The position numbers and the translations under genes are program-made. Source: Mobula birostris (lineage: Eukaryota). Taken from it: 64,000 nt of DNA. Each line of letters starts with the position of its first letter. The stretch's first letter is position 1. Under the pieces are notes generated by a model, which was not told the DNA's origin, did no database searches, and worked only from the letters and a program-made list of their open reading frames with translations. Of the stretch, positions 49,700 to 61,866 are shown piece after piece. Location of the stretch: assembly GCF_030028105.1 (NCBI RefSeq), contig NC_092394.1, positions 45,548,477 through 45,612,476 on the forward strand, in the 5' to 3' direction.

Positions 49700-52600
49700 T
49701 GAGTCTTTAAGTACCATGAACAAAGCGGATGAGCTCAGAGTGTGGATCAGTACTTGGAGCTATGATGTTGTGGCCAGTACAGAGACTTGGATGGCTCGGG
49801 CAGGAAAGGCCGAGTGCCAGGCTTTAGATGTTTCAGAAAGGACAGAGAGGGAGGCAAAAGAGCTGTCACAGCGGCAGAAAATGAGGAATTCATGGAGGGA
49901 TTGTCTACTGGGTATGTGTGGATGGAAGTTAGGAACAGCAAGGGGTCAATAACTCAACTAAGTGTTTTTTATTGAGCACCCAATAGTAACAGGGACATCG
50001 AGGAGCAGATAGAGAGACAGATTTTGGAAAGATGCAATAATAGCAGGGTTGTCGGGGTGGGAGATTTTAATTTCCCAAATATTGATTGGCATCTCCCTAG
50101 AACAAGGGGTTTAGATAGGGTGGAGTTTGTTAGGTGTGTTCAGGAGGGTTTCCTGACGCAATATGTAGATAAGCCTACAAGAGGAGAGGCTGTACTTGAT
50201 CTGGTATTGGGAAATGAAACCTGGTTAGGTGTCAGGTCTGTCAGTGGGAGAGCATTTTAGAGATAGTGATCACAATTCTATCTCCTTTACCAAAGCATTG
50301 GAGAGAGATAGGAACAGAGAAGTTAGGAAAGCATTTAATTGGAGTAAGGGGAAATACGAAGCTATCAGTCAGCAACTTGGAAGCATAAATTGGGAACAAA
50401 TATTCTCAGGGAGATATATGGCAGAAATGTGGCAAATGTTCAGGGGATATTTGCATGGTGTTCTGCATAGGTACGTTCCAATGAGGCAGGTGGTAGGGTA
50501 CCGGAACTATGGTTGTACAAAGGCTGTTGTAAATCTAGTCAAGAAGAAAAGAAAGGCTTACAAAAGGTTCAAAAAACTAGGTAATGATAGAGATCTAGGA
50601 AATTTTAAGGCTAGCAGGAAGGAGTTTAAGAATGAAATTAGGAGAGCCAAAAGGGGCCATGAAAAGGCCTTGGTGAGCAGGATTATGGAAAACCCCAAAG
50701 CATTCTCCAAGTATGTGAAGAGCAAGAGGATAAGATATGTGCGAGAATAGGACCAATCAAGTGTGACAATGGAAAGGTGTGTATGGAACCGGAGGATATA
50801 GCGGAGGTATTTAATGAATACTTAGCTTCAGTATTCACTACGGAAAAGGACCTTGGCAATTGTATGGATGGCTTACAGTGAACTGAAAACCTTGAGCTTA
50901 TAGACATTAAGAAAGAGGATGTGCTGGAGTTTTGGAAAGCATTTAGTTGGATAAGTCACCGGGACTGGATGAGATATACCCCAGGCTCCTGTGGGAGTCA
51001 TAGTCATACCTTATTGATCCCGGGGGAAGTTGGTTTTCGTTACAGTTGCACCATAAATAATAAATAGTAATAAAACCATAAATAGTTAAGTAGTAATATG
51101 TAAATTATGCCAGGAAATAAGTCCAGGACCAGCCTATTGGCTCAGGGTGTCTGACCCTCCAAGGGAGGAGTTGTAAAGTTTGATGGCCACAGGCAGGGAT
51201 GACTTCCTATGAAGCTCTGTATTGCATCTCGGTGGAATGAGTGTCTGGCTGAATGTACTCCTGTGCCCAACCAGTACATTATGTAGTGGATGGTAGACAT
51301 TGTCCAAGATGGCATGCAACTTGGACAGCATCCTCTTTTCAGACACCACAGTCAGAGAGTCCAGTTCCATCCCCACAACATCACTGGCCTTACGAATGAG
51401 TTTGTTGATTCTGTTGGTGTCTGCTACCCTCAGCCTGCTGCCCCAGCACACAACAGCAAACATGATAGCACTGGCCACCACAGACTCGTAGAACATCCTC
51501 AGCATCGTCCGGCAGATGTTAAAGGACCTCAGTCTCCTCAGGAAATAGAGACGGCTCTGACCCTTCTTGTAGACAGCCTCAGTGTTCTTTGACCAGTCCA
51601 ATTTATTGTCAGTTCGTATCCCCAGGTATTTGTAATCCTCTATCATGTCCACACTGACCCCCTGGATGGAAACAGGGGTCACTGGTACCTTAGTTCCCCT
51701 CAGGTCTACCACCAGCTCCTTAGTCCTTTTCACATTAAGCTGCAGATAATTCTGCTCACACCATGTGACAAAGTTTCCTACCGTAGCCCTGTACTCAGCC
51801 TCATCTCCCTTGCTGATGCATCCAACTATGGCAGAGTCATCAGAAAACTTCTGAAGATGACAAGACTCTGTGCAGTAGTTGAAGTCGGAGGTGTAAATGG
51901 TGAAGAGAAAGGGAGACAAGACAGTCTCCTGTGGAGCCCCAGTGCTGCTGATCACTCTGTCGGACACACAGTGTTGCAAGCACACGTACTGTGGTCTGCC
52001 AGTCAGGTAATCAAGAATCCATGATACCAGGAAAGCATCCACCTGCATCGCTGTCAGCTTCTCCCCCAGCAGAGTGGGGCGGATGGTGTTGAACGCCCTG
52101 GAGAAGTCAAAAAACGTGACCCTCACAGTGCTCGCTGGCTTGTCCAGGTGGGCGTAGACACGGTTCAGCAGGTAGACGATGGCATCCTCAATTCCTAGCC
52201 GGGGCTGGTAGGCGAACTGGAGGGGATTGCCGGAGCAGCTCCAGAACAAGTCTCTCCAGGGTCTTCACGATGTGGGAGGTCAATGCCACAGGTCTGTAGT
52301 CATTGAGGCCGCTGGGGCGCGGCGTCTTCAACACAGGGACGAGGCAGGACGTCTTCCACAAGGGAGGAAATTGCTGAGCCTCTGTCAATGATCTTTACAT
52401 CATCAATGGGGATGGGAGAGGTTCCAGAGGATTGGAGAGTTTCAAATGTTGATCCTTTATTCAAGAAAGGGAGTAGAGATAGTCCAGGAAATTGTAGACC
52501 AGTGAGTCTTGCTTCAGTAGGTGGTAAGCTGACGGAGACAATTCTGAGAGGCAGGATTTATGAACATTTGGAGAGGCAAAATATGATTAGGAATAGTCAG

Positions 52601-53287
52601 CATGGCTTTGTCAAAGGCAGGTCGTGCCTTACTAGCCTGATTGAATTTTTTGAGGATGTGACTAAACACATTGATGGAGGTAGAGAAGTAGATGTAGTAT
52701 ATATGGATTTCAGCACGGCATTTGATAAGGTACCCCATGCAAGGCATTAGCCTTCATCAACCGTGGGATTGAGTTCATGAGCCGAGAGGTAATGTTACCG
52801 TTATATAGGACCCTGGTCAGACCCCACTTGGAGTACTGTGCTCAGTTCTGGTCACCTCACTACAGGAAGGATGTGGAAACTATAGAAAGGGTACAGAGGA
52901 GATTTACAAAGATGTTGCCTGGATTGGAGGAAGCATGCCTTAAGAGAATAGGTTGAGTGAACTTGGCCTTTTCTCCTTTGAGCGATGGAGGATGAAAGGT
53001 GACCTGATAGAGGTGTATAAGATGATGAGAGGCTTTGATTGTGTGGATAGTCAGGGGCAAGTTTTTTATGCAGAGATTGGTGAGTACGTGGAATGGGCTG
53101 CCAGCGACTGTGGTGGAGATGGATGAAATAGGGTCTCTTACGAGGCTCCATGATAGGTACATGGAGCTTCCAAAAATGGAGGGCTATGGGTAACCCTAGG
53201 TAATTTCTAAAGTAAGTACATATTCGGCACAGCATTGTGGGCTGAAGGACTTGTATTGTGCTGCAGGTTTTCTATGTTTCTTTGTTT
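49700..53287 (+). mobile_element. CR1 LINE ORF2 remnant (endonuclease to 3' tail), interrupted and internally deleted
   Basis: YDVVASTETW, VGDFNFPNIDW, SDHNSI, YMDFSTAFDKV. A Rex1-like element is inserted at about 50996, and there is a deletion at about 52745. Confidence 0.9.
50996..52360 (-). mobile_element. Young Rex1/Babar-like LINE with a long open RT frame, nested in the CR1
   Basis: ORF 51134-52249: PLQFAYQP...FFDFSRAFNTI...GAPQETVLSPFLF...KFSDDSAIVG...KKGQSRLYFLRRLR; (TATGAC)n tail. Confidence 0.92.
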
Positions 53288-53586
53288 TTTTTTTGGCGTG
53301 TGCCTGCGTGCATGTGAGTCTGTGCGTCTGCGTGCGTCCGTGATGATGTCTTTTTCATGGCTTTTACAAGGTACAGAGCGAGAGAGAGACTGTATGGCAC
53401 GCCACTTCCTCTCACAGACATTTTCGCAGTATTTTTCCCTTTTATGTTATGAGGTCGAGTTGCGATCTTGACACTCAACCCGGCACGGATGGAAATCATG
53501 CTCGGGAGCGGACCCAACTGGTTTTGAACCTGGGAACCTCTGCTCCCGGGTCCGGTGCCGATGTCGTTGTGCCACCAGCCGGCCCC
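53288..53586 (-). mobile_element. Full-length tRNA-head SINE with poly(A) tail, 299 bp
   Basis: 13-bp TSD TGTTTCTTTGTTT at 53275-53287 and 53587-53599; head GGGGCCGGCTGGTGGCACAACG..., B box GGTTCAAAACC. Confidence 0.8.
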
Positions 53587-54748
53587 TGTTTCTTTGTTTC
53601 TAAGTCTTACTTAAATGGAGCTACAACCAATCCCCTCACTCACGTTACTACAGTCCTCCACTGGCTGAACTTGATCTGGCATTGAACAACTTTTCAGTCA
53701 ACTCCAGACTCTTTCTCCAAGTGTGACTCTATCCTTTCCAGACTTGTACACCAGAAGGGAATAGACTTGTGAACAACATCCATTACAAGCCACGGACCCC
53801 TTTTGTTGCCTTTGAGGATTACTTAATTCCTCTCCAATTTTGTTGATTCTGAGGGGCATTGATGGGACTACAAAGTGTTTCCAACAGCCTCCTTTACCTG
53901 ATCTGTGTGGGGTGATGGCTAGAGAAGGTAGACTTGATTATAAACCATGAGATATTAGAGTAGTGAGATTCAGGAAAAAAGGCATTGACAGAAGACGTGA
54001 GACCAAGGGTATAAACATATTACACCAATGAGCAAGAAGGTGGCAGGTGGGACATAGGTGAGAATATAAGGTTATATAGAATCAGTCATACAGCTGGAAA
54101 CTGGCTTTTCAGTCCAGCATGTCCAGCCTGATCCTCAAGTACCAATCTATACTGTTGATGTTAACGAGTAATAGGTCTGTAGTCTATGAACCTTGGTAAT
54201 TGGGGTTCTTCTCTGAACATTTTTTAAATGCTATGATAATTATTGCCATCGGCGCTAATCCAGGTGATGCATTGCAAATTTGAGAGTCGGAGGCTATTTA
54301 CATGATTGTTAAAGACCCTGAATTTACATGGACCACTGTTGCAGATGGTGTCTTTTCTCTTTGAAATTGCTTTTAGCCACCAACTATGCCCTTTCTGCTG
54401 CCACTTCTCAAGCCTACCTCCATAGCTTCCTACCTTGCATACTTTATTTAAGTGGTTATACACTACCCATCTGCAAACTTCTCTTCGTCTTTCATGATCT
54501 CCTCCCCAGCACTTCATTTGAAATTCTTCCTCTTTCAGTTTGAAGGAGTTTGGGGAGGAAATTCTACCATGCACGAGACCTGTGGTAAAGTAACTGAGGT
54601 GAGCCTCAGGTTATCAAAGGTCAATTGTCCATAGTTTGGGCCTTTTGATTATTGAATTTTGTTACATAGGATTCAGTGAATGAAGGAACAGAATGTGAAT
54701 TGTGCCTTTGTTGATTTTCACACAGAGTGAGGAACAGCAGCTCCAAAT

Positions 54749-54828
54749 ATGACAAAGATCACAAAAGAACTATTACTTGAAAAAGGAATCCCAAAGGACT
54801 CGAAATTGGAACATGTCAAGAAAATCGA
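54749..54828 (+). CDS. LRWD1: LRWD1 (ORCA) first coding exon
   Basis: Acceptor cacag| at 54725; ATG at 54749, MTKITKELLLEKGIPKDSKLEHVKKID; donor GA|GTAAGA; 80 coding nt, phase 2. Too short for the ORF track. Confidence 0.8.
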
Positions 54829-54999
54829 GTAAGAAGTATTAATCTTTTATTACTTTTCTCATTAAAGCCCCCAGAGTGTGGGCTTCACAAGATTTTGGAA
54901 GTAAATTTTTATTGAACTGTAGTTAAAAATTATTTGAACATAACCTCAGAGATACTTCTGGATATATGTTTTATTTGTTCAGAATTGCAGTTGTTGAGA

Positions 55000-55270
55000 A
55001 AATTGAAAGGCCTTGATAGAATGGACGTGGAGAGGATGTTTTCAATAGTGGGAGAGTCTAGGAACAAAAGATGGACGTCCCTTTAGAACAGATAAGGAGG
55101 AATTTCTTTATCCAGAGGCTGGTGAATCTGTGAAATTCATTGCCGTAGACCACTGTGGAGGTCAAGTCATTCAGTATGTTTAAGTGGGAGTTGATGGATT
55201 TTTGATTAGTAAGGGTGTCAAGGGTTACAGAGAGAAGGCAGGGAAATGGGGCTGAATGAGGGAAAATAAA
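55000..55270 (+). mobile_element. CR1 3' remnant
   Basis: gacgtggagaggatgttt...gtgaatctgtgaaattcattgcc, similar to 31750-32030. Confidence 0.75.
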
Positions 55271-55439
55271 TTAGCCCTATATATTACTGTACAAAACATC
55301 TTCAGCTATTTTTCTGGTGATTCTAAACAGTATGGTATTTGGCTCATTTGGATTTGCCTGCTTTGTATATAGAATATCCTCAGAAAATTTTGGCAATGGT
55401 AGCTTGGGATGTGTTCCCAGGAAATGCAAATAGAATCAA

Positions 55440-55755
55440 GGAAAGATTAGCTTTATTTGTCACATGTACATCAAAGCATACAGTGAAATGCGTCATTTGT
55501 GTTAACGACCAACATAGTCCGAATATGTGCTGGAGACAGCCTGCGAGTGTCTCCATGCTTCCGGCACCAGCGTACCATGTCAACAACTTACCACCCTTAA
55601 CCTGTGTGTTTTCGGAAATGGGAGGAAATTGGATTACCTGGGTGAAACCCTGGTCCTCGTCACGGGGAGAACATACAACCTCCTTACACACAGAGGTGGG
55701 AATCGAACCCTGGTCACTGGCACTGTAGTAGTGTTATGCTGCAGTGCTGCCCCTA
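55440..55755 (-). mobile_element. tRNA-derived SINE
   Basis: B-box-like gggttcgattccc on the minus strand; body ctccccgtgac. Confidence 0.65.
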
Positions 55756-56239
55756 ACTGCTAAAATAATGGTGATCATTATAACCTCTTAAGTGTAGAGA
55801 ACCATGAATGATAACACTGCTCTGCAGGAGCTTGGACCGAAGGCCTGTACTTCCTGAAGTTGTTGGTTGTTCTGCCAGGAATTTCATCACTTGCAGCTTA
55901 GCATGATGAGCCTGTTTGATATGTTGGGATGTGTTTTATCACTCAGTACTTGCTTAGTGTGTGGATAGAACACCAATTCTATGGTGGGTCTCTCCCCCCC
56001 TCCCTCCCTCTCTCCCCCTTTTTTTGCTGGATGTGTAATGAATTATTTTGAAAGGAATAGATTACTATTTGATTCTTGGTGAATGGTAAAATTACAAAAA
56101 TGGTGTACCGGACTAATGCAAAGCAATATTCAAATTAGCAACTGCTTGTCCATCACTTGGGAAAATTGTAATAGTAATACTGCAATTTGTACATTTCTTT
56201 TGAAATTTAATCTTACTTAATTTTCCCTTTTTTATTCAG

Positions 56240-56474
56240 TCTTTCTAACTTAAGTTTGAAAACAAGCGATTTGGATCCAGTATTATTTTCCCAGTTACTG
56301 GAGTTGGAAGAACTGGACGTGTCTGGAAATATGCTAACAGAAATTCCAAACAATTTGGGACTTGCCAACCTGAAATGTCTAAACTGTGCCAATAATGATT
56401 TGGAGCAGATTACGTCACTTGGACAGTTTGTGAATCTTGAAGATCTCAATTGTGACGATAACTTGCATTTGACG
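56240..56474 (+). CDS. LRWD1: LRWD1 second coding exon (leucine-rich repeats)
   Basis: Acceptor tttattcag|T; LSNLSLKTSDLDPVLFSQLLELEELDVSGNMLTEIPNNLGLANLKCLNCANNDL...NLHLT; donor ACG|GTAAGT; 235 nt, phase-compatible on both sides. Confidence 0.88.
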
Positions 56475-56649
56475 GTAAGTGACTGAGTAGGAGTAAAACT
56501 GATGTCATCAAAGCAGGCATGATTAACCTTGTTTAGGTTTATTTAATGAAACATTTTCTTTTTGACCCTCTGGAAACAGTGTATGGTTTTGCTTATTACC
56601 AATTTACTAGCCTTTCAAGCCCACTTCCATTCCGTGGTTATTTACTTAT

Positions 56650-56930
56650 TTAGCGATACAGTGTGCAGTAGGCCCTTCTGCCCTTCTAGCAATGCCACCC
56701 CAACAAACCTGATTAACCCTATCCTAATTATGGGGCAGTTTACAATGGCCAGTTAATCTATTTGTACGTCTTTGGACTGTGGGAGGAAACCAGAAGACCT
56801 GGACAAAAACCACGCAGTCCACGGGGAGGACGTACAAAGACTGCTCACAGAATGGCACCGGAATTGAACTCTGAGCTCCAGAAAACTGCGAGCGTAATAG
56901 CATCGCGCTAGCCACTGTGCAGATGTGGTG
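56650..56930 (-). mobile_element. tRNA-derived SINE
   Basis: gtggctagcgcgatgctatt...gagttcaattccggtgcc; same body as 26020-26265. Confidence 0.72.
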
Positions 56931-58009
56931 TACTCTGCCAAATGAATCAAGAGTCAGCAAATATTAGGATGTCGTTGTCACTGGAGCCTGATTTTGTTTG
57001 TAAGTGGAAGAAAATAGTTTAGTTTAATTGACTAGAGTTAATGTCTGAAGGCATAGCCTGGATTAGACAAAAATTTTTTTTCTCAGATGTACCTTGCATT
57101 AGGTCATGACTGCATTGATAATGCTCTCGTACTTACTTTTGCACTTGAAGCTTGGATATTAAGTGACTTTTGCTGTTGCCTGATTTACTTTTACGTGGTC
57201 TGGGTCTGACTCTGTCCTTCCTTTCTTGGATCTCTCCATCTCCATCTTGAGTAATAGGTTAGCAATAAACCTTTCGAAAGGACTAGAATATAAAAGGAAG
57301 TAATGCTGAGGGTTTATAAGGCATCGGTAAGGCAATATTTGTGATAATTTTTGTACCCCTTATCTAAGGAAGGATATGTTGGCGTTAGAAGGGTTTAGAG
57401 GCAGATGAGAGAAATGATCTCAAAGATGAAACAACTCCCAATTTATACTCACTGGCATTGGGAAGGATGAGGACGGGGGAATCACATTGAAATGTGCTGA
57501 ATATTGAAAGGCCTGTGTACAACTGTAGGTTCTCCTGCACAGCTCTTCACTGCATTTAATCTATTTTCTGTATCTCTGTTCTTGTTCTGTCTCCTCCAGA
57601 ACAAAGCTAGGATAAAACTTCTCTGGGTCCTTGACCCCCACACCATCAACTTTTTTGTTCAGTGGACCATCCTTTGCAATTTCTGCCAGCTTGAACAAGG
57701 TTGTAAGCCAAACACACCCATCTCCTCTCAGCAATTCAAAGGGATCATTTCCTTTGTCATTCCCCGGCCTGTGCTGTTCTAAACGCAGGAGCCACTGTTT
57801 CCTATGGCTCTTTAACATCTGCAGTATGCAGGGGTGGCTCAGAACCTCTTGCTGCTTGCCACTTTAATTCTCCATCCCACTTCCACTATTAATGCCCAAT
57901 GTCAGATTGAAGAATAGCACTTCAGGGTATTTTACAACTTCTGGACTCAATACTGAATTCTATATCTTCAGGTAACTTGCTTTTTCTAGTATAAGTGGCC
58001 ATTTCTTTT

Positions 58010-58214
58010 CGCAAACAACAGGAATTCTGCAGATGCTGGAAATTCAAGCAACATGCATAAAAGTTGCTGGTGAACGCAGCAGGCCAGGCAGCATCTCTAG
58101 GAAGAGGTGCAGTCGACGTTTCAGGCCGAGACGAAGGGTCTTGGCCTGAAACGTCGACTGCACCTCTTCCTAGAGATGCTGCCTGGCCTGCTGCGTTCAC
58201 CAGCAACTTTTATG
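58010..58214. repeat. Foldback PLE-tail insert: 77-bp inverted arms, 5-nt spacer, 14-bp TSD
   Basis: Arms 58056-58132 and 58138-58214 are reverse complements with one G:T. TGGCCATTTCTTTT is duplicated at 57996-58009 and 58213-58226. Confidence 0.95.
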
Positions 58215-59994
58215 GCCATTTCTTTTGTAAGGTTTACCAACTATGAGAGTGCAACAGTGTTTTCCTCTCCATTAACACAAACTGACCTGCTGGGCGTGTT
58301 ACTGTGCTTTCCTTATCAAATTTGTCACTCTCTAATTGCCATTATCTCATGGCCTCATTCTATTTTTTCTTTCTCATTACTGCCATAAATCCTTCGACCA
58401 TATGACCTCTGTAGGGTATCCCCTCAGCAATCTCAGCCTTGCCTTTTTAGGAACATACATTGACAATGGAACAAATGGTTACAGCGAGGCTTTCTTATTT
58501 TGTGGAGGGTCATGGAAAATTAGATGTTTCCCAATCTGGATTTTGTAAAGGGGGAATGACCAGAGACTCAGTGTTAAGTTTTGAATCTGAAATTTGTAAA
58601 GCCCCGGTTAATAAAGAATCAGTGGCAGACGTTTTATGTAGAAAAAGCTTATGGTATGTTATGGACACAAGGCTTATTGCTTAAACTTGAAAAGAGGTGG
58701 TTGATAGAATGCTCAACTGGATTCAAGATTTTTTTTTATGTAACAAGAAGATACAAGTTAAGGTGGGAGCATTTTAAGGAATGATACTTCACAGGACTGT
58801 ATGTAGCCGACTCCTTTTTAATACTATGATTAATGTTATTTTCTTAAATTCGTGTCACATTTCTAAATTGTTATATGTTAATGACAGTGTAGTGTGGAAG
58901 AGGGGCCAGGGTACAAGTTATATAGTTGGGAAGTTGCAGGCAGTTATTAATGAAATAGAAGATTGGGGATGTTGATGGAACTTTACGTTTTCTGCTGCAG
59001 AGGCTCAAGCTATTTGTTTTTTGAAAAGGAGCATTACACCCACAATTGACCTCAGTAAATCTCTTAAACAAGATTCAGTGGTAAAGTTTCTTGGTATGTG
59101 GATGGATACAAGGCTAACATGGAAAGTGCATGTGAATAAAATTCCAGAGAAGTGCAAAAATGTCCTCAATGCGCTCAGTTGGCTGTGATTGGGATGAAAG
59201 TAAGAGGTTATTAAAGCCGTACACATTTGATTAACTCAGATCTGTCTTTGATTATGGATGTGTTACTTATGGGTCAGCCTCAGCAGCAGTCTTAGATAAA
59301 GTTCAAGCTCGAGCATTAAGATTATTCTGTGGTTCTATTAAATAATTCCCAGATTTGCCATTAATAGTAGAAATGGGTGAAGTACTTTTCACATCTACAT
59401 AGGTTACAGTCAGCAGTGGTTTTATTAGGTTAGCATAAGTGGACCGTAAAGTTGGTCATCCAGTGTTGACAACATTAGTAGTGTTGGGAGCACTTCATTC
59501 GTAAGGTCTTCAGTTTTGCATGGATGGGAAATGAATGAGCACAAAAATCTTGGGTTGTTTAATGTGGATTACAGTCCCATTGTACCCCTTTCTGCCATTC
59601 CTCCGTTGGTTTTCCCTTGACCTGTGGTTGATTTAGGCCTTGAAAAAAAAAACGATCAAGATGAAGATTGATTGCATATCAGTGGTACAGGTAGTTCAGC
59701 AATATATGCAAGGCAGATATTATGGTTATTTACATATCTATACAGTTGGTTCAAAAAACCCAGTGACAGGTCATTCAGGTGTTTCTGTCTGTGCCAAGTT
59801 TCAGGTGACTATTGCAAAAGCAATGTCAGACAAAGTATCACTATTCACGTCTGAGGTGGTGTAATCATTTTAGCCTAGGAATGGATTGAAGAAGTATGCT
59901 CTGGTTATGTACTTCTGTGCTCCGATTTGTTCTTGGTTTTGACATCTATTAAACCAGATACCTCAAATTGTAGGCCAAACATTTTTCTATAGTG

Positions 59995-60805
59995 AAGTTC
60001 TCAGACAGCTGGCATCAACCTTGGAACAGAGGCGAATCACCACAAATGCTGTCCCACAAACATTGGCAGGAAATATCCACATCACACAATTTGTACCAGC
60101 AGGCCAACCTCCAGTGCACCATATAACATCAAAAGATGTAAGCATTCTGCAGGTTGCTCAGGATTGGAAAATGGACATGGACTTGGGGAAAAAAAGCTTG
60201 TGTTTCCCCCAGACATTGCGGCTACAACACTCCGGCCAGACACGGTCCTGTGGTCCGCAACAGCCAAGCTGGCATATGTTGTGGAATTGACAGTACCTTG
60301 GGAAGATGGTGTCGAAGAAGCTTATGGGAGGAAAAAGACCAACTCTGAACTGGCAACTGAAGCCTCCCAGAATGGCTGAAAGACCAAAATTTTCCCTGTA
60401 GAAGTGGGATGCAGAGGATTCGTTGCTACATCTCCGACCAGTCTATTGAAGAAGATGGGTGTGAGGGGTCACTCCCTCCAACAAGCAATCAAGTCCTTGT
60501 CAAATGCAGTAGAAGAAAGCAGCAATTAGATTTGGATTAAAAGGAAAGACAACAACTGGGCTGCAAGATGAAGACAGGAGGGTATGGAACTGAGGGGGGT
60601 GGGGTGTATCCGGGATGCCAGGTAGCACCGTTGAGCCCTCTGGAGACGTCGTGGGCTTATCAACAAAATGTCAAAGAAGGAGGGTGCCCACCTGTTGACC
60701 CCGATGACGTACCTACCTTCCCTCCTTGTCACCACTCCAAGCCCACTGCCAACATCGAAAGTGCCAACTTACCATAGGGATTGAAACATCAAGTCCTAGT
60801 AGCTC
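59995..60805 (+). mobile_element. HERO/R2-like non-LTR element 3' fragment (restriction-like endonuclease)
   Basis: VLRQLASTLE...LRPDTVLWS...VVELTVPWED...FPVEVGCRGF. Confidence 0.8.
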
Positions 60806-61330
60806 TACTATATTGAACAACATCTGTTGAGGCTGCAAAGTGTAGGCTTATGTATCCATTTCTTCTCAGTCTCTGCCCACGTTGAAAGAAACGAGGTAGC
60901 AGATCTTCTGGTCAAACAATCACTAAAAATTAATGATGTATATATAGTGGTCCCTTTGCATAAAGGAGGAGGGGGTGAAAGCCATAATTTAAAAAGTCTG
61001 TTTTATTACTGTCACAACGAAGTTGGGATAAGGAAAAGAAAGGACACCATTTTTATAAAAGTCAGAGGATGGTGGGAGCTCAATTGGGACGTGGGTATAA
61101 CAGGAGGAAAGAAGTTATACGTACACTTTTATATATTGGACATACTAGGTTGAATAGTTCTTTGTTCAGAACTAATATGCATTATATGGAAGTTTGTAAG
61201 GAGTACACTTGTTAAGAAATGGTGCAGCATACATTGTTTGAATACAGTTCCTATGAAGTGCAAAGGAAGTGTCTAATTGCTAAATAGACATCTTTAGAAC
61301 AGACAGTTCAACATGGAAAGTTTGTTAGGA

Positions 61331-61866
61331 CAGTTGATCCCAACCTTCTTTGCACCACAGACTGGTTTAATATTGATGGTATTCTTGCAGACCGGCCGAC
61401 TGGGGGGGTGGGGGGGGGGTGTTCAAGTAGGGTTGCCAACTTTCTCACTCCCAAATAAGGGACAAAAGTAGCAGTCAAATACGGGACACTTGTGCTCACT
61501 CCGAGAAAGACTACCATGACCACGTGTGCATGCGTGTACGTGCCGATTTTTTTTGTTCTCTACAAATCAGTTTTGGCTTAATCTTCTCAATTCTGTTAAG
61601 TGAAACTACACTGTACATACATTATTTCTACTTTATATAGGTTGTGTATTTATCATATCATTCCTGCTTTTACTATATGTTAGTGTTATTTTAGGATTTG
61701 TGTGTTATTTGGTATGATTTGGTAGGTTATTTGTTCAAGTTCAACAGTGCATGACAGGGAATGAGGAAAGGTGCAGCTGACTCGTATTGTTTCATATCGC
61801 CAAATCATATTGTTTCCTCGCAGCCCGGTGGCACATGCTTTGCAGCCCAGTGATTGGGGACCACTG
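61331..61866. mobile_element. Non-autonomous hAT (Charlie-like) element
   Basis: Perfect 8-bp TSD TGTTAGGA at 61323-61330 and 61867-61874; ends CAGTTGATCCCAAC / ATTGGGGACCACTG. Confidence 0.88.
61428..61731. mobile_element. Second hAT-like element (TAGGGTTGCCA end) nested in the first
   Basis: TGTTCAAG duplicated at 61420-61427 and 61732-61739; the left TIR is clear, the right TIR is not recognisable. Confidence 0.6.

Noticed and set aside
51134-52249. 371-aa ORF as a host gene
   Set aside because: It is the RT of a 5'-truncated LINE with a repeat tail, nested in a CR1.
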